NCBI GenBank assembly: GCA_000708835.1
Contig: DF236970.1
Location: 316,247-380,246, forward strand
Direction: 5' to 3'
Length of the DNA stretch: 64,000 nucleotides
DNA from: Klebsormidium nitens
Taxonomy: Eukaryota; Plantae; Klebsormidiophyceae
The notes beneath the pieces were generated by a model. The model was not told the DNA's origin. It did not search any database and saw nothing but the letters and a program-made list of their open reading frames with translations. Shown here in pieces: positions 50,501-61,300 of this stretch. Position numbers and translations under genes: made by a program. Positions within the stretch are counted from its first letter, which is position 1, and each line of letters starts with the position of its first letter.

Positions 50501-53500
50501 CTTAACTTTTGGGTTTTGATTTGCAATCAAACTCTCCTCGCGGAGCTAGTAAGGAGTATTCGAGGATTGCGCGACGTTTCCAATCAGCAAAGTCAGCTCG
50601 CTTGACCGGCCTGCATAACCAAAGCTTAACGGTTTTCAGTACGACTGTCTGTAAGTAGTCTGCTTTCAGTTCGCTTGATTATCCCTTCGGTCCGGCAAGC
50701 GAGCAGGCACTCGCGTGGCCGACTCCTTCTTGAGTCATGAGTATCTCAGTCGAGTGGTTGCTGATGTTGGCAGTTGCGGTAACCTTCTTCCTTTTCTATC
50801 TTGTTTGCTCTGGGCGGTCATCTTCTTCCTTTTTCTATCTTATCTGCTCTGGGCAAACAGGACTATGTTCGTGCTTCGCTTCGTGCTCTCATCTTGTTGT
50901 GATAAGTACACAGAAATCCGCCCGCGTTTTTGTTCCGAACTCACATGTCGACAAAGTTGTACTGCTGTGTGGGCTTCAGAATCCACAACATCGTTATTTG
51001 AACCAGTCGACCGTTCTTGGTCGCAAATGCTCTGGCCTCTTGAGCCTTTTTGACTCGTACAAGGGCGAATCGTGCTGACGAGTGGAGGACATTGCTTTTG
51101 ACACCCTCCATGAAGAGTCTGACTTATCAAAGCTGGTGCGTAGGATTAGAAGCTGCTTCGTGCGATTTAGAAACAAAAGAGCTTGCTGGCTGCCAAACAT
51201 GTTGGACAAACTGTGGGATGGGATGCGATACCTGCTCTGGGTTTGAACTGCTCATCGGTGTCATTCTGAACTGATGCCCACCCCGGAGAGCCTTCAAGGT
51301 TTCTCAAGTAACCGTTATACACCCTCTACCACGAGATATCGTCTGCTTGGTGTTCGTGTCATGCAACAATCTCGGACCTTCGTTCTCTTGCTGAAAGAGT
51401 CTGTTTCAAGGTAGTATGCTTGTGAAAGAATTGTGTTCCTCACGTTTGCCTCTTTCTGCGCTCGGCCGGCAGCGAGTGATTTCTGGATATTCAGCGAGCC
51501 AACGATGGCATTGGGGATGCTCGTAGCACGGAAGGGTGCTTTCTGAAGTGCCATGGCCGCCAGGATCTGAGTGCTGAGGCGGATGCCATCCGTCGGCTGA
51601 TTCGGCACGCTTTTGATCCAATGTGCTCCCAAGAAAGTTCTTTCTGCCACTGTGTTGCAAAGACGAAGTCTCTGTTTTTATCTGATTGGCAAAGACGAGA
51701 CACCCAGTCTTGAGCACCTCGGTGGGGCCTCAGTGCACTTGTAGCGTCCTCTATGAGCCAATTTTTAGACACCATTATTGTCCTGCCTCGCTCTTTGGGT
51801 GATCCCTTTCGCGTTGGGTTCGTTTCTCTGAGCGCAAAAATGGCGATGATGGGCTTTTACATGGGCGGCGCCCAGATGTGGGCCTAGGTTGACGCCATCT
51901 TTCGAGAAAGAGGGTACGAACATGTGTCCACTCTCCATTCGTTGCCGACTGTACAGCGACACCTCTGTGCCACAGCACGTCTTTAAGTTTGTCTGTGAAA
52001 AGCAAGTTGAATACGTTCTTCATCAGTCGTTTACATATCCCAACCGTTAGGAACGAGAATGCGTCGACCAAGTTGCAGGATTTCGACCCTCTCGAGCATT
52101 TTCCATGTTTTCGTCTCGATCTGACATCTTCTGGACTATGAAGAGTTCATTTCGTAGGGTTTGGTTCTAAGGAGTCATTGCCAGATTTCAGCTCCTTGTT
52201 GTTCGCACGATGCACTATACATCATGCTGCACTCTTGTCAGCAACTGCACAAAAGTTGTTGCACGATCCAGAATTCCGAATGTTGAATCTTATGCAGTCT
52301 CCCGTTGTCAGTTTTGGTTAGGCTAGGACGAGGCTTCTCCTGAGGACTAGAACACCGGTCCTTATTCTTGGTAACCCTGAGGTCCCTCTGAGGCCAAATC
52401 TCGTTTGGGCACACGAGAGACTCCATGATCTGTTGCATGCTGATTCTGCGTTTCGACTGCACCTTTTCAGCGTCTACAAATGCATGAGAGCGCGGTCTCA
52501 CACCAACGCCTGGCATGTCGCTCTGCGCGTGAGGTCATGTCTTTGTTGTGGATTGGCACAAAAGCTGCCCACTCTGCTTTCGCTGGCTTTTGAGAGGGAA
52601 AATTCTCACAACATCCAATCTTGCGGATGTCTTCACTTTTGGCAAGGGAGCAATGTTGGAATTCTGGTCCGTTGGTAGGTAAAGATGGTTCGTCCGCATT
52701 TTCTGCATTCTTATCACTTTCGACATGTGGTAGAGTCTTATGCTCAGTTTGGTAAACAAAAATTGCACGGTATAGTCTGACCCTCTCGCCAGCGCACTGG
52801 ATGTGTTTCTGAAAAAAGTTAGTGGTCCTTTTAGTGTGTATCATGATGTCGGTAAGTCCACTATTATCAGGGCAGACTGGTAATGACAAAGTTTCTCTGA
52901 GAGTGCAATCTCAAAAATCATCCGTTGTCCGGACGCCAGTTACGCATGTCGTCAGAGGGGTTGTTGCAGTAGTGGTACAACGAACAGCTTGTGTCTCTTG
53001 CGTTGTCAGGACCGTTAGCAAATCTCGCCTGCAAGAAGAAGCTTTTCGTATGACCTGTCAGAGGGACGCCTTGAGAGTGCAACTGCCCTTTTCCGCTCTC
53101 CAATTTATCTGCGGCGATCGTTTGGATGATCTTTGCCACTGGATCCACCCATTCTCCCGGATCTGTGCTGGGGTTGAAGCGTTGCGCTTTCACAAGCCCT
53201 TAGGGGCAACGAACAGGCGCGCTACTTTGACAGGCGACTTTGACGGTCTATTCGGAATGAATGATGCAGGACGACGTGAGCAACCTGACCGGAATTCGGC
53301 GTTTGAGATTAGTGACCGAATGAGTTCTATGTCAATGCTTGTCGTTCTTGGCTGCCACATCGGGATTGTTGGAGGCTGGTGCCTTTAATGGCCGAGTTGC
53401 CCCTCTTCTCTCCCTCTTCTCCCACCCTGTATGGTGGGCTTTTCTGGGATTTTAGTAGAAGGACCGAATAACCTGCATGTTTCGTTGGTATAGATTGCAC

Positions 53501-55318
53501 ACATCGCTTAAATTAAAGTCATCTTCCCAATAACCACATATCTGGTATTCTAGCTACTGCTGAGTTCCTCGAGCAATTGCAGCCTTACTCCACCCCCCCC
53601 TTTTACAGCCCACGTTCTAATGAAGAGACGAGTCGGTGCAAAACAGGAACTGCTGCCTTGACCTTCCATTTTGCGGCCCTTTGCGTTCTGGAATCTAACC
53701 CACTGGTCTGGGTGAGACTTTGCCGAAAGCTTCTGATCCTGATGGCTCACTTTCGTGTTTTCAAAGGGTGCATATCGGTCTTATATTCCGAGTGGAGATT
53801 GTAGCTTTTGTCTGGTGCTTAGATACTGCCGTCAACTCTGTCTCGAGTCATTTGTGGCATTGGCGATGATCAGGACATATTGGGCATTGTACCGACCCAC
53901 CAAATGTGGTCGTCTGCCCATGACGCCGTTGCTCTCATTGGCATCCTTTGCATGCTACCCTCTCGAAGTTCTGAGTGCCGCGCCGGTTTTGTGAGCTTGT
54001 AAGCTAACATCTCGTCTTTCTTTCGTCAGCTTCAAGATGCTCTAAGTTCTTGGCACGTTTTTTGAGTACAGAGATGTTCGGAATCACTTGTCTTGTTTGC
54101 AAGAGCGTCGAAAGAATGGTCAGTAACTCAGAGATCTTCTCGAACGCCGCTGGCACTTGACTTTCATGGTAATCAGCACCTGTGAGCATTGACATGTGGC
54201 CGATACATGTTGCTGATAAGCTTCGACGCTTCGGAACGGGTTCCTGCATGCTTGAACTTCCAAGTATGGGCATTATGCAAGCCTTTTTGCGCTTTGCTTT
54301 CCTTCCGATATTTACCGCCGGTTCTTCTGGGCTGTCGGCAGACGGCACGCTGGCTATGAGTAACGCTCTTTGAGATGCCCCTGTGCGCGTCCCAATGAAG
54401 CACGATTTCCCAAGATGGTATGTATCGCACCAAAGCCAGCTTGTCTTGCAACACTGCTCGGTAGGGAACTGCCATTGTCCATTTATTGTTAGGATCTAGA
54501 AGCGAGGTTGTGTTTGCGAATATTTGTGTGTCACGTAACACCGACTGTACACCCTCCGACATTCCGGAAGGGACAGAAGCGCGATCCTCCCTCTGGTCGA
54601 GTCCACGTGGCTGTGCCGGCTGCCAAAATCTCCTTCTGAGCAACTTCGATCACACATCCGTTCTCAACATACCGCAATGCTTGGCAAACTGCAGACCTTG
54701 TCCTCGTGGTTTCCAACTCAGGCCAAGAAAACATCCAATCCTTGGAGTCGTTCAGGCATCCGTCAAAGCCGCGTATTGATGCTTCGAACGTCCATCTTCT
54801 CTGCAGATGTCCGACGTTTGGGAGAACGTCCGGATCATCGCCGACGCCCTCAACGTGTCCGAAAAGGGCGAGGCGCTCATCAAGTCGCTCCGAGCGGAAT
54901 GGGACTCGATCCGGCGGAACACCCCCCAGTACAGCGACGGAATGCCCCCCCTCAGCGTCGCCTGTCTCCAGTGGACCGACCCCCTGATCGGCGCCGGTTA
55001 CTGGGTTCCCGAAATAGTTTCCTGCGCCGGGGGGGTAAATCTGCTGGGTGAAAAGGGGGGGGGCAGCCCGAAAGTGACGCTTGAAACCCTGGCGGAAGCC
55101 CAGCCAGAGGTTATCGTGGTTATGTGCTGCGGGTTAGGCCTTGACCGTGGGGTTAAGGACGTGGAGGCGCTGGAGAAACAGGCGGGCTGGGCGGGGTTAA
55201 GGGCGGTTAGGAACGGAAGGGTTTATGTCGTGAATGGGGACGAGTATTTCAACACGAGTTCGGCGGCGGCGGCGGTTGAGAGCGCGAGACTGATGGCGGA
55301 GATTTTGCACGGCGGCAG
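44583..55318 (+). other. Periplasmic-binding-protein (class III helical backbone; BtuF/FepB/TroA_f-like) domain, exons 1-3 of the large gene
   Basis: PRVVSFLGAATEIVCLLG...LVGRSHEC; YKIDAEMLRDLQPDVILTQDQCSVCAV; VACLQWTDPLIGAGYWVPEIV; PEVIVVMCCG; WAGLRAVRNGRVYVVNGDEYFN. I recognise these as motifs of the bacterial cobalamin/iron-chelate-binding family. Confidence 0.88.
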
Positions 55319-58300
55319 GTGGGATTCTGGGCGTCACTTTTTTGTATTGCAGAAATACTTGCTTGGCTGTTTCTTCCGGGCTTGGTTTGAGTCTGTTTCA
55401 GTGACTTGGTCGAGGTCACAAGCATTTGTATTGCGAGTCGATAGTGGAGGAGACTCTGCTTTTGAGTTGGGTGTTTTTGGGTTACTAGCTGCTCCGAAGC
55501 TGAGGATCTTGCCTATTTTGTCTCTCGTGGTTGATTCTTTTTCTTCGGAGGTTTGTGATAAGCAGGAGTTGACGTCGTTGGATTGTCCTCCCAATCTGAC
55601 GTTCTTCGACGCTGTTTGATGTGGCTGTCAATCACTGCATTCGTCCGTTCAACATTTCCGTCCGGTCCGCCATTCCGATCTCAATTATCAGTGAGCTCCT
55701 GAACCCCTGAGTAGATCCCTGAATCCGTACTCTCTCTCAACACAGCGTGGTTTCTGTCAGGCCCACTACTAGCTGCTTTCAATAGTCGGTATTGTGGAAA
55801 AGCCGCCTCACTTGTGGAGTCAGGTCGGAAGCCAAGAAGAACGGCCACGAATTTGCGCAAGCAGAGTTGGCTGATATGCTTTTGGTCCTTCTCGGCCCTT
55901 GCTTCGTTCGTTCCTCAAGAACTCTTGCCGTAACCAGATGTGGAATGTGTCAACCCTCTTTCTATAATTCGTCGGAGACGGTGTTCCCGTTGCTCAGCCA
56001 CCGGAGTTGTACTACGCTTTGGGTTTCTGCCATTGCCATCCAAGATCGAGTGAAGGCCGCCGATTCCTTCATAGTTGACATGTACTCCTCCTTTTTCCTA
56101 AAAGGTCGGGTCTCGAAGGCAGCGCCTACGTCAGGCGTCCCGCCATCTCTCCGCCAACCGACGTCAGCAGTGACGTCAGCGCAGTCCCTCGGCCCGCCGC
56201 GCACCCCAGGCGCCCCCCTCCCCTGCCCACGTGGCTCCAGGGTGCGGAGACCAGGTCGCAATCCAACGGCGGACATTTTTCGGGGGGGTCAGACTTGCAC
56301 AGGGAGAAGGGGGGTGCGAACGGGCATGCGCATGTAGACAGTCCCCGAGCAGAGAGCCCAGTTTCCACTCCGGGGGGGTCCGGTTTCAGACTGTTTGAGA
56401 GTGCGGCTGGCACCCCCCCGTGGGGGGGTTCGCCGATGGGCTCGAGCCCCGGGGCAGCGAACCCCCCGGAAGAGCGGGAGGAGTTCTGGATGGGGAATGA
56501 TAGCGACGAGGAAGGCTGGACGGGGAATCGGGACGTGGTTCTGGGGGGGTTCTCGGATTCGGACAGTGAGTCCGACGATGATTTTGAAAGCCTGGTCGAA
56601 TTGCCACTTGCCGAAGCGAAGTGGTCTCTCGAGAGAGGGGGGAGGGAAGGAGAGGCGTTAAGCGAAGGTTCTGGCCTAACCCAGGGTCTGGTTCTCGACA
56701 GCGAGCTGGACGCTATTGCAGAAGGGGTGCGGAGGCGCGAGAGTGAGGAGCGGAGGGGTAACGTCAATGAGGCGGACGTGACGTCAGGTGAAGTGGGTAG
56801 TGCGCGCCAGGCGCAAACGGAGCCGGTTAGCAAACCAGCGGGGATGGGTTACGGTTCCCGTGCGAAAGCGCAGCCGCTGCCGGTGCCCAAAAGAGGCGAG
56901 TTCTCATTCGATACCAGCTCGGCGGGTCACCCTAACTACGATCTTAACCCGCCGCCGGAACCTAGAAGCTGGCAGGAGCCACGTGTCCTCTCGCCCGACT
57001 CGTTGAAGTCGTCGCCAACGCGATGGCCCTCGTCGCACCCCCCCACGTGGCCCGAAACCCCGAGGACACCGCAAACTCCCCCGAGCCTGGACGAGTTCGA
57101 AAAGCAGTTTCCATTTGACTTTGGCCGGGGCCGGAGGCAAACGGAAACGAACTCGACCAGGTTTGCAGACGAAGCGGGTTTTGGTGTCCGTGAAGAGAAG
57201 GAGTTTGGGTCGGAGAAGGAGGAACTCGGCAGGGGGAAAGAGTGGCTAAAGGACAGGTCAAACTCACTCAGCGACGATAGACCGGGGGTGCGCGGAGCAG
57301 AAAAAGTGCGCCCCCGGCTTGAAGTCGAAACGACAGGGCTGACCGTTTTCGAGGGGCCCCATTCCCCGCTGGAGAGCTCCGGTCCACATGCTGCAGGAAA
57401 CAGCGGATCGCCGGAACTAGAGAGCGTCTCGTTAGAGTCTCCCAGAGACCGAGGCGAAAGGGGGGTGGAAACGGCGGGCAACAAGTCCCCCCTGGAGGGA
57501 GGCGGTGTCGAGCACTCGGCCTTCAAGCGCATCCATCTCGTAGGGCGGCCCCTCTCCCTCGACGTCAGCAAACGGCCCGACGCCGACGTCAGCCCGCCCC
57601 ACGCTGACGTCATCACCCCCCCGGCGCGGCCCTCGACTCCCCCGCCAGTCTCGCCGCCCCCACCCGGCGAGCTGCTTTCGCCGATGGCATCTCGTCCTGG
57701 GTTTATGGCTAATCTGCTCGAAACCCAGACCCAAACTTCCCCCCCGCTGAGTCCCATTCCGGACTCCCCCTACGTCGCGCGCCTCCGCCCCCGAACCGCC
57801 CCTCCAAGCCCCCCAACTTTTCCATGCTGCCAAACCCGTCCGATCTGCCCGCGCTTATGGACCTCGGGAGCGTTCCCGCGCTCAAGACCCTGTCGCCCAT
57901 TCGCACCGGGCGCCATTTCACACCGGTGCCGACGTCCCCGCCCTTCGCGCCGGCGGAGCTCCCGAGGGGGCTGCCGGTATTCCCGGCTCTGGATCTGTCG
58001 CGGGGGGGGGGGCAGTCTTCCCCTTCCCCCCCTAGCAGCCCTTCGCTGTCCCCCCTTTCCTCCCCGCTGGGAAACGGACGGTTACGGGAAAACGGTTACC
58101 GCCCCCCAAAATCGCCTAGCTCGCCGCAAGCTCTGGCCTCGCCTCGGTTCTCCCCTCTTTCTGTGCTGCCCTATCTCAGCTTGGACGCGTCCCTGGATCC
58201 GTGGTCAAACCCTAAAACGCTTGACCCGGCGGAGTTAGTGGAAGAAACCGGGTTAGAGCCGATGGAAACCCTGGGGGGAGAGTCGGGGTATGATAATGAT

Positions 58301-61300
58301 ATCAACAGCTTGGAGGATAGCATTCGGAGGAGTATGGACCGATGGATGTGGGGGGAGATCGGAATGGAGGGAGTCACGGCGGCCGCTGGTAAGGCCAGGT
58401 TTTCTGTCAAGGTTTCAGTCGGTGCTGATCTGGGGATTGTTTTCTGTATGAATGGAGTATTGCACATGTCGAGCTTCGCCGATATGTTAAAGAATTCAGA
58501 CAGTCCGCGCTTCTTACCAGTGGAAGAATTGATTTTTGTCAAAATTCAAGGTATCTTGATCAGTCCAAGAAAAAATTGGGTTCTGGAATTATCTGGACCA
58601 GTCAGAAGGGTTCCGTGATCTCTGTTGACTGGAAGCACACCTGTAATTCTCGTCATGCAAGTGCTCGCCTTCTGTTACTGCGTGATTGACCTTCTGCTTA
58701 GTGAAAGCAAAGCTTGATTTTAAAGGCTTCATACTTCCAAGAAGGCCTACAGTTGCAAAAGTTTGCGGCTGTCAACGATAGATGGTAACTGCTTTGTTTC
58801 TAATGTTGCCTCTTCCTCCAACAGGGCTGGACAACGTCCAATCCACTGGCGCCGACTTCCCCTCTGAGGCAGGGCCCGTTTCGGACGCTGACCCTCGCAC
58901 ACCTGGCACCCCTGAGGGCGTCCGTACGGCTTCTGAGGGCGTTCGTACGAGTGCTGAAGGCGGCCGTTCAGTCTCGGACGACGTCCCTGGAGATGCGGAA
59001 GGCGTCCGTACGGCTTCTGTGGCCGTCCGTACTGGTCCGGAGGGCGTCCAATCGGCTTCTCAGGGCGGTCGTACGTCTGAGGAAAGCGTCCGAACAACTA
59101 CGAAGGGCGTCCGAACGTCTTTTGAGGGCGTCCGAATGCGTCCGCTCACGGCCAAAGCGGAGGAGCTGAGAACCGTTTTGGAGGAGGCCGTCGAGGCGGC
59201 CCTGCCTGCGGACTGCATCATTCTGAGTGGGGGGCTGGACACGTGTGTACTAGCGGAGTTGGCAGCGGCGGGGGTGGGAAACGGAACGGACGGAAACGGA
59301 ATGAATACGGACGGAACGGATGCGGACGGAATGGGTGAGGTCAAGGACGGTGGTGGCAGAGTGGACGAAGAGCAGTTATCTGGTACGGGAAACAATATGC
59401 CTATTAACGAGTATGGAGAACTCAATGATGACCCGCTTAAAAGGTTAGACGAGCATAAGCAAGCAGAGGTCCGCATACATATGCAGCAGCCGATAAGCAA
59501 TAGCACGACCAGGCCCACTTCTATAAGCGCTCCCCGGGCAGACAGCGTTCTAATCACAGATCAGTCGCAGAGCTATGATAAACGCCCAGAGCATATAGAT
59601 ACGAGCAGCGCAAACGCCGCCAATCGTCAAACGACAGGTGAAATAAGCAGGGAAGGTCAGCAAAAGAGCGCAGAAACTGCGTCGAGAATAAAGGAAGCGC
59701 TTACGGTTCTTACGGGGGAGCATGCAACGGACCGGCGGTACGCGGAAGAGATTGCGAAGCGGTGCGGACTGCGCCATACGGTGGTGAGTGCAGCCTGAAG
59801 GCTTATGGATCCTGCTCTATGACAATGTCACATTCTTGAGGTTTTATCCATCCCGCTTCAGAATCTGATGCACAGATGCGAAACCGTATCAATCTTTCTC
59901 CACGAGGTCACAATCTCGAGATTCTACTCATCCCGCTTTCTCAGGATAGCATATATCATCAAGGTCTATCTCTCCTGCTCTATGGCAAAGGCAGATTCTT
60001 GAGATGGTTTTCATCCCGCTCTACCACGAATTTTCAGCCTTAAGAGTTCTATCATTTCGCTCTAGACCGACACGCGGCCTCCCAAGATGCTCGAGACGCG
60101 GAGCTGAATCTTCTGATGCGAAGTACAATAGTTCTAGCTTCCACGGGATCCTTCAATCTCATCACTACGAAGTGCCAAATTTTGTATTTTTCCATCCCGC
60201 TCTAGATCGAGACGCGGACGCCCGAGGCGCTCCTGGATTCGGAGCTGGAGTTTGTTGTGCAGACAATATTAACTCTAGCTACCACAGGCTCCGGCCACAT
60301 AAAAGTTACGAGCTAAATTCTGCTGTTCTTTTTTATCCCGCTCTAGATCGAGACGCGGACGCCCGAGGCGCTCCTGGACCTGGAGCTGGAGTTCGTCGTC
60401 CGCACGCTGCGGACGTTCGACCCGATGGAGGTCCGCAACAGCATCGCAGTAGCGGCTGCGCTGCGGGAGGCACACAGACGCGGGCACACGAGCGCGATCA
60501 CCGGAGACGGGGCCGATGAGCTGCTGGGGGGGTGAGTGAACTCCTGAGACTCCGCTCAGACTTAACGTCTCTTTCTAGATGAAATGTAAAGTTCACAAGA
60601 ACGGCCTGGGAGAGGGCGGAGTGACGGGTGCACACGAGCGTGATCACCGGAGACGGGGCCGATGAGCTACTGGGGGGGTAAGTGCACTTCTGAGAGTCCG
60701 CTCAAACTCATTTGTCGTTTAAGAGACTTCGATCATGTTTGAAAGGACGTTGGTTGACTTTCAAACCTGGGGGAGGGCGCAGTGACGGGGCCACACGAGC
60801 GTGTTTAACAGGGCGGCGACAGGGCCGGTGAGCTGCTGGAGGGGGTGAGCAATTCGCATTGTTTACTGTTTTGTGAATCTGAGCTTTGTTGGGTTTAACA
60901 GCTCTTCTTGTCTCAAAGTATTTGATCTTTTTAAACCCCCGAGTGTCACAGGTTTTGCCGAACTGGGCACACCTTTCAGGAAACCCTCCCGCAATCACTA
61001 GCGACGAGGCCTATGAGCTACTGGGGGGGGGGGGTAATTTGCTGAGAATCCGCTCGAGGTCGGTTTTGTATACAGCACTGCTTTTCAAGATGTTTCCTAT
61101 CGCGCCATCGCCAAGTCAGACAGAAGGTTGCGGAATATGCACAGCGTACATAACGGATCATTGCAAACATCTTAACAGTTGTGTTGAAATAGCAGAATTT
61201 CGACCAAATTCCGAAAAGGTGCTCTTCAATACGCTGCTTTGTTACAAGTCGGATCCAGACCGTCTTAAAGAAGGCACGCCCTCAGGCATCCTCTCCCCAT

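Noticed and set aside
56126-57757. Long antisense ORFs (56126-56833, 56936-57757) opposite the linker exon
   Set aside because: These are expected shadows of GC-rich coding sequence, with no independent motifs.
57824-58238. Frame-0 C-terminus of ORF 56295-58238 as a real protein end
   Set aside because: It is Arg/Cys/Trp-rich, out-of-frame-looking sequence; the overlapping frame has better composition and a phase-compatible donor.
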